A stretch of DNA of 42,980 nucleotides from Solirubrobacterales bacterium (GCA_035545115.1 DASZZB010000194.1:1-42980), one strand, 5' to 3'; shown: positions 19,672-27,563, numbered from the stretch's first letter. Program-made: numbers and translations. The notes: generated by a model from the sequence alone, not told the origin.

Positions 19672-19700
19672 GGCCGGGGGCTCGGCTGGGCTACGGGGGG
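19626..19700 (-). pseudogene. pseudo-tRNA-Arg (intact 3' part, degenerate 5' part)
   Basis: The 3' 46 nt equal those of the tRNA at 26133-26206. In the 5' part, 15 of 18 acceptor/D-stem positions are retained, with a 1-nt indel, a disrupted D-arm and two acceptor-stem mismatches, so it cannot form a clean cloverleaf. Confidence 0.7.
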
Positions 19701-20073
19701 CTCGGTTTCAAGCGGCTTTCGCCAGATCGGACTCGGCTGAGATCGGCTGAACTCCGTGTCGCACCGTGCCCCATTTCGTGCCCCGCGGACCTCGCCGACC
19801 GATGCCGCGGCGGCGGCCGTCCGCACACGATCCGCAGAACGACCCGCACCTACCGGGTGGTCGCCACTTCTGTCGTTGCGGTCATCAGCAGCTGGACAAA
19901 GGCCACCATTCACAGGTTGAGCGGCTCCGGTTGAAAGACGAGCGTAGATCGTCCATTAAACGCTCGCCAATAACCTCGGATACGAGGCGGAGCGTCTGCG
20001 GCTTTACGAATTGCCTTCGAAGGCTTCCGGCTCGAGGGAGACCCCAAGCCACCTAACCTCCACGCCAGCGCTC

Positions 20074-23019
20074 CTATCCAGGCCGGTCATCACCGACGTC
20101 CCGGCCATCTGGGGATGCAACAAAGTCGCACTGCCCACGCATCCAGCGACCGATGAGGTCACGCTGCTCCGGGCTTAGCGTTAGCTCGGCCAAACGGCGC
20201 GCTGCCTCATCCTCAGAACCAATCTGCAGTCGATTAAGGAAAATGGGCTCGACCAGTTCGAAGAACGGATGCGGCCTGCCGAACATTTCGTCTCTAACCC
20301 ACTCTTGAGCCCGCGTCTCAGGCATCTCCTGCCTGAGACGCTGCTCAAGGTGCACCGATGCGGTGACGATCAGACCAAACAGCAAATCCGCAGGCACGGG
20401 CGCATACGCGTTCTCCGGCTCAGGCGTTAGCGGGAAGAAACCGGACGCGTCGGTCCAAGGCGGGACATGATCGAGCAGGATAGTCGCCGCTTCCTCCAGA
20501 ACCCTTATCCATTGCGCCTGTAGCACTTCTCCGCCGACCTCTCCTCGAAGCACCCACTGCGCTGCATTGGCGAGAACTGGAGAGAAGAACGCATGAGACT
20601 CGAGCACCACGTCTCGGGTTTCGAAAAGTGCCCTGAGCCCGTGCGCGTCGACTAGCTCTTTGATGTTGAGGTCGCCATCGTAGGCGAGAGATGAGGCGAG
20701 AGCGGCACTGCTTACTGAAAGCGCGCGGCGCTCCGAGCGAGTTTCACTCTTTGCGGCACTAATCGTCTCCTGCCAAAGCGCGATGCTCTCTGGCGTGGTG
20801 GCCCCACGTCCCAGTTCCGACAAGCAAAGAGACGCAGCAACTGCCGCGGGATCCGGCGATCGAATCGCCTCGAGAATCACATCAATCGTAGTGGCAGCAA
20901 CCGCCCGCTGCGTCTCCGCGCCTGCTTTGGCCAGGCCGTATCCGATCCCGGACATCGCCACACCTACGTCGAGGTCGCGCCCCCCACCTCTCGCCACCAC
21001 TGAGATGAGGAACATCGTTGCATGTCTGGTCAGCACCCGTACGACCGCAGGACTTGGCACTAGGAATGCTAGGCATTCGATTCCAAAGAGAAGTAGATGC
21101 CCTCGCTCAAGCACTTCCGCCTCATTGCTTCGGCGAATGATGTCGTTCAGAAGCTGATCAGATGCCATCAGCGTACTTTTGCTTTTCAGCTGGTACGCAA
21201 CCTGTGCGACGACCCACCATTCTCTTTTCGTAATACGTGGCGCGAGGCGCTCGCTAAGCTCTGCGGTGGTCTCCGCCGTCGCGACAAGGTGATCAGCGGC
21301 GAAATACTCCAAGAAGGTTCGATGCGTGAACTGGAAGAGCTTTTCGCCGTCAGCCGTCGTGCCGGTGTCCGTGAAGACCCAGGCGCGTCCAGCGCAAAAG
21401 TCGATGAATGCCTCTGCGGCATTACGCGCCTCGTATTCATCGTCAAATCGGAACTTAAGAAGAAACTCAACCGCCCTGTCCACCAGTTGACGCTCGCTTG
21501 CGCCGCTCTGGAGACTCTCGTGTTCGTAAATCCACAATGCCAAGAACCGCATTGCCGGCCGAATGTGCTCGGCTATCGGCAATACGGCAACGATGCCGCG
21601 GCTTCGATCCCACGTCTCGAAAAGCATTTTTGCGCACGTTTCGTACACCTCAGGTAGGTGCCGGGGCAGGTAGTTCTGGCCTAGATAGAAGTTGCACATA
21701 AGAGCAAGCAGCAATGGATTCGTCCGTAGGTCCGGCACTGCCCGACTCTCTTCAATGAAGGCCTCCGCCTTATCGTGCCGCTCTCGCGCAGAGAGGTCCT
21801 CTTCGAGCTGGAACCATTTGTGTGCGTAGCTTTCAACCTGCTCGTCGGTGAACTCGGATAGATGCACGACATCGAATACAGTCTCGTCCAAGGGGGCCTG
21901 CTCGTAGCCGACCTTGCGGGACGTAACTAAGAGACGCGCGGTTGGAAACCGGCGATGAAAACTCTCAACGTCGTCGCGCACCTGCTGGCGATGCCGGGTC
22001 TCAAGCAGCTCATCGAGCCCATCGAAGATCACCATCAGGCGCCCAGAAAGGAGCAAATATTCGATAGCTCCGCCTGGTACATCGAGTTGATATCGACTTG
22101 ATGCCACAGACTCGATATATTCGACTATCGACCAGCCGCGCTCTTTGCGCGTAGCGCTGTATTCCCTTAAAGTGACCATGACTGGCGTGACGGCTCTAAC
22201 GTCACTGCTGGCTTGTGCCCTGCCAGATAGCGTATGGCACAATTTCGCAGCAAGCGTTGACTTGCCGCCGCCAGGATCGCCCAAGACGACACCCTGCTGC
22301 AAATGATCTATCCAGCGCTGCACAGGCGTGCGTTCAGGCTCATCTTGCGTGCGCCGAACAAGATGTGGCATGACGTAAAGAAGATCAATTGGCACTCGCT
22401 CCGCACCGTAGAAGTCAGGCGGTGAAATAGTCCCGTGGCGACCATGAACCTCACGGCGTAATTCGTCCTCAAACTTGGTGACGTCGACTTGGAGCAAAGG
22501 GGTATCTCCTACGAGGTAATCCATGCGCCGCTGCATTGCTTCAAGGTGTTGCATCGTCATTTGATGACGAGCACTCGCCCTTGCCTCATGCGCCGATAGA
22601 ACGCCATCTTGGATTGCGGCCCCAACAACATTCTCCGCGGCTTCGAGCAAAGCTTCAAAAGATGCTTCTCCAATGTCCTTGGTGCCTAACTGAGCCCGAT
22701 CCCACAGCGCCAAGAACTCTGCTCGCGCCTGCTCCAAGCCTAGTCCGTGGTCGTCCAGGCGAAATACGAACATGCTCGTTACGAGGTTGCGCACCTCTGC
22801 CGAGGAAAGAAAGTCGCCGAGCGTCTCATCCGACAACTCCGCAGACCGTAGGCTTTCCATCTTCTGCGCCGTGCCCTGGATGATGGTGGCGTAACGGCCT
22901 TGTTCGCGTTTTACTGCGTCATCTACGTCTTCTGACCTGTTTGACCCGCGAAGCAGAGGGCTGAGTCCCATTTCCCAGATGGCTTGGGCCACAATGTTAA
23001 GCAGGATTGCTTCTACCAT
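20074..23019 (-). CDS. NACHT-domain NTPase (bacterial NLR-like / STAND), candidate antiphage sensor
   Basis: 981 aa. It has Walker A GDPGGGKST, Walker B LMVIFDGLDEL, LLVTSR, NPLLLALMC and the winged-helix motif FTHRTFLEYFAA. About 230 aa of N-terminal helical region and about 350 aa of C-terminal region carry no motif I recognise. Confidence 0.85.
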   Translation of the reverse strand: MVEAILLNIVAQAIWEMGLSPLLRGSNRSEDVDDAVKREQGRYATIIQGTAQKMESLRSAELSDETLGDFLSSAEVRNLVTSMFVFRLDDHGLGLEQARAEFLALWDRAQLGTKDIGEASFEALLEAAENVVGAAIQDGVLSAHEARASARHQMTMQHLEAMQRRMDYLVGDTPLLQVDVTKFEDELRREVHGRHGTISPPDFYGAERVPIDLLYVMPHLVRRTQDEPERTPVQRWIDHLQQGVVLGDPGGGKSTLAAKLCHTLSGRAQASSDVRAVTPVMVTLREYSATRKERGWSIVEYIESVASSRYQLDVPGGAIEYLLLSGRLMVIFDGLDELLETRHRQQVRDDVESFHRRFPTARLLVTSRKVGYEQAPLDETVFDVVHLSEFTDEQVESYAHKWFQLEEDLSARERHDKAEAFIEESRAVPDLRTNPLLLALMCNFYLGQNYLPRHLPEVYETCAKMLFETWDRSRGIVAVLPIAEHIRPAMRFLALWIYEHESLQSGASERQLVDRAVEFLLKFRFDDEYEARNAAEAFIDFCAGRAWVFTDTGTTADGEKLFQFTHRTFLEYFAADHLVATAETTAELSERLAPRITKREWWVVAQVAYQLKSKSTLMASDQLLNDIIRRSNEAEVLERGHLLLFGIECLAFLVPSPAVVRVLTRHATMFLISVVARGGGRDLDVGVAMSGIGYGLAKAGAETQRAVAATTIDVILEAIRSPDPAAVAASLCLSELGRGATTPESIALWQETISAAKSETRSERRALSVSSAALASSLAYDGDLNIKELVDAHGLRALFETRDVVLESHAFFSPVLANAAQWVLRGEVGGEVLQAQWIRVLEEAATILLDHVPPWTDASGFFPLTPEPENAYAPVPADLLFGLIVTASVHLEQRLRQEMPETRAQEWVRDEMFGRPHPFFELVEPIFLNRLQIGSEDEAARRLAELTLSPEQRDLIGRWMRGQCDFVASPDGRDVGDDRPG

Positions 23020-23030
23020 TCTGGGAGAGC

Positions 23031-23222
23031 CTACCTCGAGAGTAAGTCCTTATGCAACGTCGAGCGGAATGCGCTCGCACGCAGTTCGGTAATGCTGTCA
23101 GAGGCTCGCGTTACTTCGTAGGTTTCTGAAAAGCCACCGAATTCGAGTTCGTGTGCAAACCGGTCGTCGTTCGTGCTGAAGATGCTGGGGTCATGCTCGA
23201 CACTTCCGGCGGAATCAGGCAT
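23031..23222 (-). CDS. hypothetical small acidic protein (63 aa)
   Basis: The ATG at 23222 overlaps the nuclease stop (ATGCCTGA). The stop TAG lies 11 nt before the NACHT ATG. The composition is protein-like and not a GC-shadow pattern. I recognise no homology. Confidence 0.3.
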   Translation of the reverse strand: MPDSAGSVEHDPSIFSTNDDRFAHELEFGGFSETYEVTRASDSITELRASAFRSTLHKDLLSR

Positions 23223-24306
23223 TGCGACGATCCGCTGATTCGCGCGCTTCGACCAGTTGTCTCCACTCGACTTGGCCCTTTTCGCTGATCTCGATCTCTC
23301 GCAATCTGACGGCGAATGACCCCGGGAGAGTCTTCTCGACCTGGGCTGCGGAGGTCGCAGAAAATGCTGCCACCGAGCTGATGAGCTCCAAGGTACCCTC
23401 GCAAACCACGAGCAAGGTCCCATCATCGCGAAGTGCCGCTCGTTGGACTCGATCTCGATCAAGCGGCGCATGCTTCTCCGCAATCACTAAGAGCATCGCC
23501 AGGTCGGCGCCGAGCTCGGCCGCCCCTCGCGACAGCTCGAGCGCCACATCCTCGCCGACCGGGAGCTGCTTTGCCTCAACCGCGAGGACGATCGCGCCAT
23601 CCGATGCGACCCGGACGTCACCGGGATGCGGGCTGTTGATCGGCTGAAGTTCAACATCATCGAAGGCGCAGTCGAGAACCGCAGCGGCGAGGGCCTGAGC
23701 GCGTTTGCCGCCTTCCGGGGTGGCCCGAACAAATCGATCGACCATACCGACGAGGTCCTCGAGGGCGACGTCGCTTGCGAGTCTTTTGGCTGCGCGGGCT
23801 GCCTCTCGTTCGGCCGCCTGAACACCCATGCGCACACGAAGGAACGCCGCCAGGACCGAGAGGGTTTCGGTGCTCTCGATCCGATTGAGGTCCCGAAGGG
23901 CATCGAGAAAGGCTTCGTACGCTGGCCGCGCTTTTCCCGAGATCTTCGTAAATTCGTCGATTCGCGCCGGGCCCCCGAGGAAGGGTCGATTGTTGAGAGG
24001 CCAGCGTCCCTTCGCGCCCAAATCGTATCGGTCGTTGTTTTGCTGAGCGAGAAACTCGGCCGCCCTCCGCAAGCTGTAACCGCGAGGGCCCGCCGCCTCG
24101 TCCTGGGCGAGACCGTCGACCCGTGGATCGGTCGCCTTGGCAAGCAGGGCGCCGCCCAATGCAGCGATGTAGGTCTTGATTCCCAGGCCACCGAGACGCT
24201 CCACGCGCGCGATCCACAGCGCAGGCAACTCCTCGGTCGACCGCGCCAACGCGAGCGCGTTATCGAGAGTCAGAAGTAGTGCCTGGTCTTCGAGTCTGAT
24301 CCCCAT
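23215..24306 (-). CDS. PD-(D/E)xK nuclease, probable type II restriction endonuclease
   Basis: 363 aa. HPGDVRVASDGAIVLAVEAKQ fits D-x13-E-x-K. The gene lies 63 nt downstream of, and co-directional with, a C5-methyltransferase gene. Confidence 0.6.
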   Translation of the reverse strand: MGIRLEDQALLLTLDNALALARSTEELPALWIARVERLGGLGIKTYIAALGGALLAKATDPRVDGLAQDEAAGPRGYSLRRAAEFLAQQNNDRYDLGAKGRWPLNNRPFLGGPARIDEFTKISGKARPAYEAFLDALRDLNRIESTETLSVLAAFLRVRMGVQAAEREAARAAKRLASDVALEDLVGMVDRFVRATPEGGKRAQALAAAVLDCAFDDVELQPINSPHPGDVRVASDGAIVLAVEAKQLPVGEDVALELSRGAAELGADLAMLLVIAEKHAPLDRDRVQRAALRDDGTLLVVCEGTLELISSVAAFSATSAAQVEKTLPGSFAVRLREIEISEKGQVEWRQLVEARESADRRNA

Positions 24307-24369
24307 GCCACGGGAAAGCTAACTCGGCCTTCCGACACTCAGAAGATGTCAGGCTGGTCAGGCCGATCG

Positions 24370-25500
24370 CTAAGCGGCCAACGCAAGCTCCCGCGATGGC
24401 GCGCAATCGAGCCGCCTGAGTTCGTCGGCGATCGCAGTTGCGACCGCCCGCCCGAGGTCTGGGGGGACCGCGTTGCCCAGTTGAAGCTGTTGCTCCCTTC
24501 GAGACCCCAGAACCACGAAGTCGTCGGGGAAAGTCATCAGCCTCTTGACCTCCGCTACTCGCAGCCGTCTGCTCTCCCAATGAAACGGACCAACCCAAGG
24601 ACCCGGTTGACCTTGGATGGTCGGGGAAGGCTTGTCCGGGTGGAGCTTTAGAAGGAAGCTCCAGTAGCGGGACCGCCACTTGAACTGGGGTGCCTTGTGT
24701 CCGCGCTCGGCGGTCCAAAAGAGATAGTTCTCGCCAGAAGGGACTGCGTGAAGAGCATCAGCATAGGTGCCTTTGACGACCTCCTCCGGCTCAGGCGGAT
24801 TGATCTCGTCAGGAAGCGACGCAAGCGCCTGGCCGGTGCTCACGTGGACGGGCAAGTCCTCGTTCCAGCCGGTTCGCGTCTCATGCGGCCCTGAGTGCGT
24901 CGGCTCGGGCCACTCGAACTCCCACGCCTTCGCAGAGCCGGGGATGAGATCGCGACGAATGCCCACGCAGAAGAGTCTCTGTCGAAGCTGAGGGATGCCG
25001 AGGTCCGCGGCAAGGACGATCCGAAACTCGACAACGTAGCCCGCGGTGCGGGCGGCCTGGAGGAATCGCTCAAGAACCGCATGGTTCTGATTCCGATAGG
25101 CGAGGCCGTAGACGTTCTCCATCAGGAATGCCTTCGGCTGGACGCCTCGCAGCATGCGGATGTACTCGTCCAGCAGGCTTGCGCGCGGGTCTTCTCCGGC
25201 ACGCTTGTAGGCGAGCCAATAGCCGGACTTGGAAAAGGGGGTGCAGGGAGGTCCACCATGCAAAAGGGATACCTCCCCTGATTCGAGGCCGCTTCGCTCG
25301 AGCAGATCCTGCGGCTCCGTCTCAAGGATGTCGCTGAACACCGCCTCCTCCCCCAACTGCGGGAAGAACTGAGAGCGGTTTGCGAGCATCGTTTTCCGTG
25401 CGGTCTCATCCCACTCGACAACCGCCTGCGTGTCGAAGCCGGCCGCCTCGCAGCCGAGATCGAGGCCGCCCGCCCCAGAGAAGAGGGAGATCGCATCCAT
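24370..25500 (-). CDS. DNA (cytosine-5)-methyltransferase
   Basis: It has motif I LFSGAGGLDLG, motif IV GGPPCTPFS, motif VI FLMENV, motif VIII QLRQRLF and motif X GNAVPP. I placed the start at ATG 25500 (MDAISLFSG...); the track start at 25629 is less likely. Confidence 0.9.
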   Translation of the reverse strand: MDAISLFSGAGGLDLGCEAAGFDTQAVVEWDETARKTMLANRSQFFPQLGEEAVFSDILETEPQDLLERSGLESGEVSLLHGGPPCTPFSKSGYWLAYKRAGEDPRASLLDEYIRMLRGVQPKAFLMENVYGLAYRNQNHAVLERFLQAARTAGYVVEFRIVLAADLGIPQLRQRLFCVGIRRDLIPGSAKAWEFEWPEPTHSGPHETRTGWNEDLPVHVSTGQALASLPDEINPPEPEEVVKGTYADALHAVPSGENYLFWTAERGHKAPQFKWRSRYWSFLLKLHPDKPSPTIQGQPGPWVGPFHWESRRLRVAEVKRLMTFPDDFVVLGSRREQQLQLGNAVPPDLGRAVATAIADELRRLDCAPSRELALAA

Positions 25501-25531
25501 GCTTCCCAACCTAGAATCTGCCCCCGATGGA

Positions 25532-25975
25532 ATGACCGCCCAGCGATCGATCATCACCGTTCCCAAAGCGCCTGAAGCTTCCTCGCCGGCGGTGAGGGCG
25601 GTCATGAAGGGAAACCGCAAGCGGGACACTCGTCCCGAGCTGGCGATCCGCTCGGAGCTTCATCGGCGCGGATTCCGCTACCGAGTCGACGCCCGGCCGA
25701 TCATCACGCTGCGCTGCAAAGCCGACATCGTCTTCCGGCCCAAGAAGGTGGCCGTGTTTGTGGATGGCTGCTTTTGGCATGGATGCCCGGACCACGGAAC
25801 GAGCCCGAAGACCAACGCAGGCTATTGGCACGCAAAGATCGGTCGAAATGTGGAGCGAGACCGAATGAACGAGGCCGAGCTTGTCGCTGCCGGCTGGACG
25901 GTGATCAGGGTCTGGGAGCACGAGAGTCCGGGGGATGCATCGGAGCGAATTGCGCGGGTTCTGAAAGGCGCGTGA
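25532..25975 (+). CDS. vsr: very-short-patch repair endonuclease (Vsr)
   Basis: RDTRPELAIRSELHRRGFRYRV and FVDGCFWHGCP are Vsr hallmarks. It is divergent from the C5-MTase. An alternative ATG at 25499 would overlap the MTase start codon. Confidence 0.85.
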   Translation: MTAQRSIITVPKAPEASSPAVRAVMKGNRKRDTRPELAIRSELHRRGFRYRVDARPIITLRCKADIVFRPKKVAVFVDGCFWHGCPDHGTSPKTNAGYWHAKIGRNVERDRMNEAELVAAGWTVIRVWEHESPGDASERIARVLKGA

Positions 25976-26128
25976 CTCCAAAAAAAGTGCAGGGAAGTGG
26001 GCCGGATCGCAAGGCCAGCTAAGCCGCGTCTTCGACCTAACCGTGTCCCATGCCGTGCCCCACGGCTCTAATTCGTCTTCAATCTGAGGCTTCGGAGCCA
26101 CCCAAACTCCGCAGGCAAGCGAAATTCC

Positions 26129-26178
26129 CGAACGCGCCCGACTGGATTCGAACCAGTGACCTTCGGTTTCGTAGACCG
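26129..26178. repeat. right copy of the 50-bp perfect direct repeat (inside the intact tRNA-Arg)
   Basis: Identical to 19622-19671. Confidence 0.95.
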
Positions 26179-26206
26179 ACGCTCTATCCGGCTGAGCTAC
26201 GGGCGC
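26133..26206 (-). tRNA. tRNA-Arg (anticodon ACG)
   Basis: The reverse complement folds by hand as GCGCCCG-TA-GCTC-AGCCGGATA-GAGC-G-TCGGT-CTACGAA-ACCGA-AGGTC-ACTGG-TTCGAAT-CCAGT-CGGGCGC-G. CCA is not encoded. Confidence 0.9.
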
Positions 26207-26268
26207 GTGCCGGCGGAGGTGGGGCGCGCCAGGGGCGGCCGCTCCGCGGGAGGCGGGATTCTAGCCGT

Positions 26269-27060
26269 CTAGTGGTTGCGGGCGACCATCGCGGCCCAGC
26301 GGCCGGTGTTGTGGGCGACCTCGACCTCGATGTCGAAGGTGGTGGAGACGGCGGCGCTGGTGAGGACGGCGGCGGCCTCGCCGGCGGCGACGATGGCGCC
26401 GTCGCGAAGGAGGAGGGCGTGGGTGGTGGTCGACGGGATCTCCTCCAGGTGGTGGGTGACGATCACCGTCGGCAGGTCGGCGTTGGCTTCGGCCATCGTG
26501 TCGAGCGAGGCGATCAGGCGCTCGCGCGAAGGGAGGTCGAGGCCGGCGGTCGGCTCGTCGAGGAGCAGGAGGTCCGGCTCGTCCATCAGGGAGCGGGCGA
26601 GGAGGAGGCGCTGGCGCTCGCCCTGCGAGCAGTCCTCGAAGCGCCGGTCACGGAGCGACTCGACGCCGATTTCGTCCATCAGCCGCTCCGCCCGCGCGCG
26701 GTCCCCGTCGGTGATCCGGTCGTGCAGCAGCGCGATGCTCCCCGTCGCCCCGGTCAGCACCACCTCGAAGCCGGTATGGCGCCCCCGGATCCGCCGCCCC
26801 AGGCCCGGCTCGACCGTCCCGATCGACTCGCGCAGCTTCCGCATGTCGACCGCGCCCAGCCGCTCCCCCAGCACCTCGACCGTCCCCTCCGAGGGATGCG
26901 AGAACGCCGCCGCCAGATTGAGCAGGGTCGTCTTCCCCGCCCCGTTCGGTCCCAGCACCACCCAGTGCTCGCCGCGCTCGACCGTCCAGTCGACCCCGCG
27001 CAGCAGCACCGCGCGGCGCTGCTCGGCGGCGACCCAACGCCACACGGTCACCTCCGACAT
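26269..27060 (-). CDS. ABC-type ATP-binding protein (single domain, no adjacent permease)
   Basis: It has Walker [10 protein letters not shown], a signature-like CSQGERQR and Walker [10 protein letters not shown] placed the start at ATG 27060 (MSEVTVWRW); the track start at 27126 would overlap the upstream gene. Confidence 0.8.
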   Translation of the reverse strand: MSEVTVWRWVAAEQRRAVLLRGVDWTVERGEHWVVLGPNGAGKTTLLNLAAAFSHPSEGTVEVLGERLGAVDMRKLRESIGTVEPGLGRRIRGRHTGFEVVLTGATGSIALLHDRITDGDRARAERLMDEIGVESLRDRRFEDCSQGERQRLLLARSLMDEPDLLLLDEPTAGLDLPSRERLIASLDTMAEANADLPTVIVTHHLEEIPSTTTHALLLRDGAIVAAGEAAAVLTSAAVSTTFDIEVEVAHNTGRWAAMVARNH

Positions 27061-27092
27061 CCGGATCGCGGCCACGCCCGCCCCGGCCGCGC

Positions 27093-27554
27093 TCAGGAGT
27101 CGGAGTCTTTGAGCCGGACGTTCCAATCGACGGTCGCGGTGGCGACCACCAGGCCCTCGGCGTCGGTCATCTCGACCTCGACCGAGAAGTCGACGCGGCC
27201 GTCCGCGTCCAGCGCCGCCAGCGCCTCGGCGGCCGGCACGCCGAGCTTCGCCGTCGCCTCGATCGGACCGCGTGCCACCTTCAGGTAGGCGATCTGGGCG
27301 CTCCGTGCCAGCGGCGTCACGTCTCCCATCCGCGCCGCGAAGGCGCCGACGAAAGCCGCCCCGCTCGCCGTCTCGGCGACCCCGAATAGCGCTCCGGCGT
27401 GCTGGCTGCCGACGTGGTTGTGAAGCTCGGGACGGTCGGGCAGGAGCGCCGTCGCGGCGCCCTCGGCGATGTCGGTCACCTCGATCCCCATATGACCGAT
27501 ATATGGCACGGCCATCGCCATGCCCTTGCCGATCGCGTCGAGGTCGATGTCCAT
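27093..27554 (-). CDS. hotdog-fold thioesterase (PaaI/DUF4442-like)
   Basis: 153 aa. NHVGSQHAGALFGVAETASG is typical of PaaI-type hotdog proteins. Confidence 0.65.
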   Translation of the reverse strand: MDIDLDAIGKGMAMAVPYIGHMGIEVTDIAEGAATALLPDRPELHNHVGSQHAGALFGVAETASGAAFVGAFAARMGDVTPLARSAQIAYLKVARGPIEATAKLGVPAAEALAALDADGRVDFSVEVEMTDAEGLVVATATVDWNVRLKDSDS

Positions 27555-27563
27555 CGCCGGACC

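Larger units (their letters stand above)
19622..26178. mobile_element. integrase-less genomic (defence) island inserted at tRNA-Arg(ACG)
   Basis: It is bounded by the 50-bp direct repeats. Hand counts of 60-nt samples gave 50-60% G+C inside the NACHT gene and 77% in two flanking genes. The content is R-M, Vsr and NACHT genes. No recombinase ORF was seen. Confidence 0.7.

Noticed and set aside
19491-19913. 140-aa minus-strand ORF, and plus-strand ORFs at 19182-19750, spanning the pseudo-tRNA and repeat region
   Set aside because: They run straight through the tRNA-derived repeat and the terminator hairpins, and their translations are low-complexity. I could recognise no integrase-like motif (e.g. 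an R...HxxR...Y pattern) in my hand translations of two of the three minus-strand frames of 19901-20073; the third minus frame and 19701-19900 were not hand-translated.
23031-23483. The full 150-aa minus-strand ORF overlapping the 3' end of the nuclease gene
   Set aside because: Its first ~87 codons overlap the nuclease gene in another frame. Only the last 63 codons, from ATG 23222, fall in otherwise non-coding DNA. I report those separately at low confidence.
25430-25629. The long upstream starts of vsr (25430) and the MTase (25629), which would make the two genes overlap by 200 nt
   Set aside because: Both N-terminal extensions lack family-typical sequence. The internal ATGs place MTase motif I and the Vsr N-terminal motif at their usual distances from the start.
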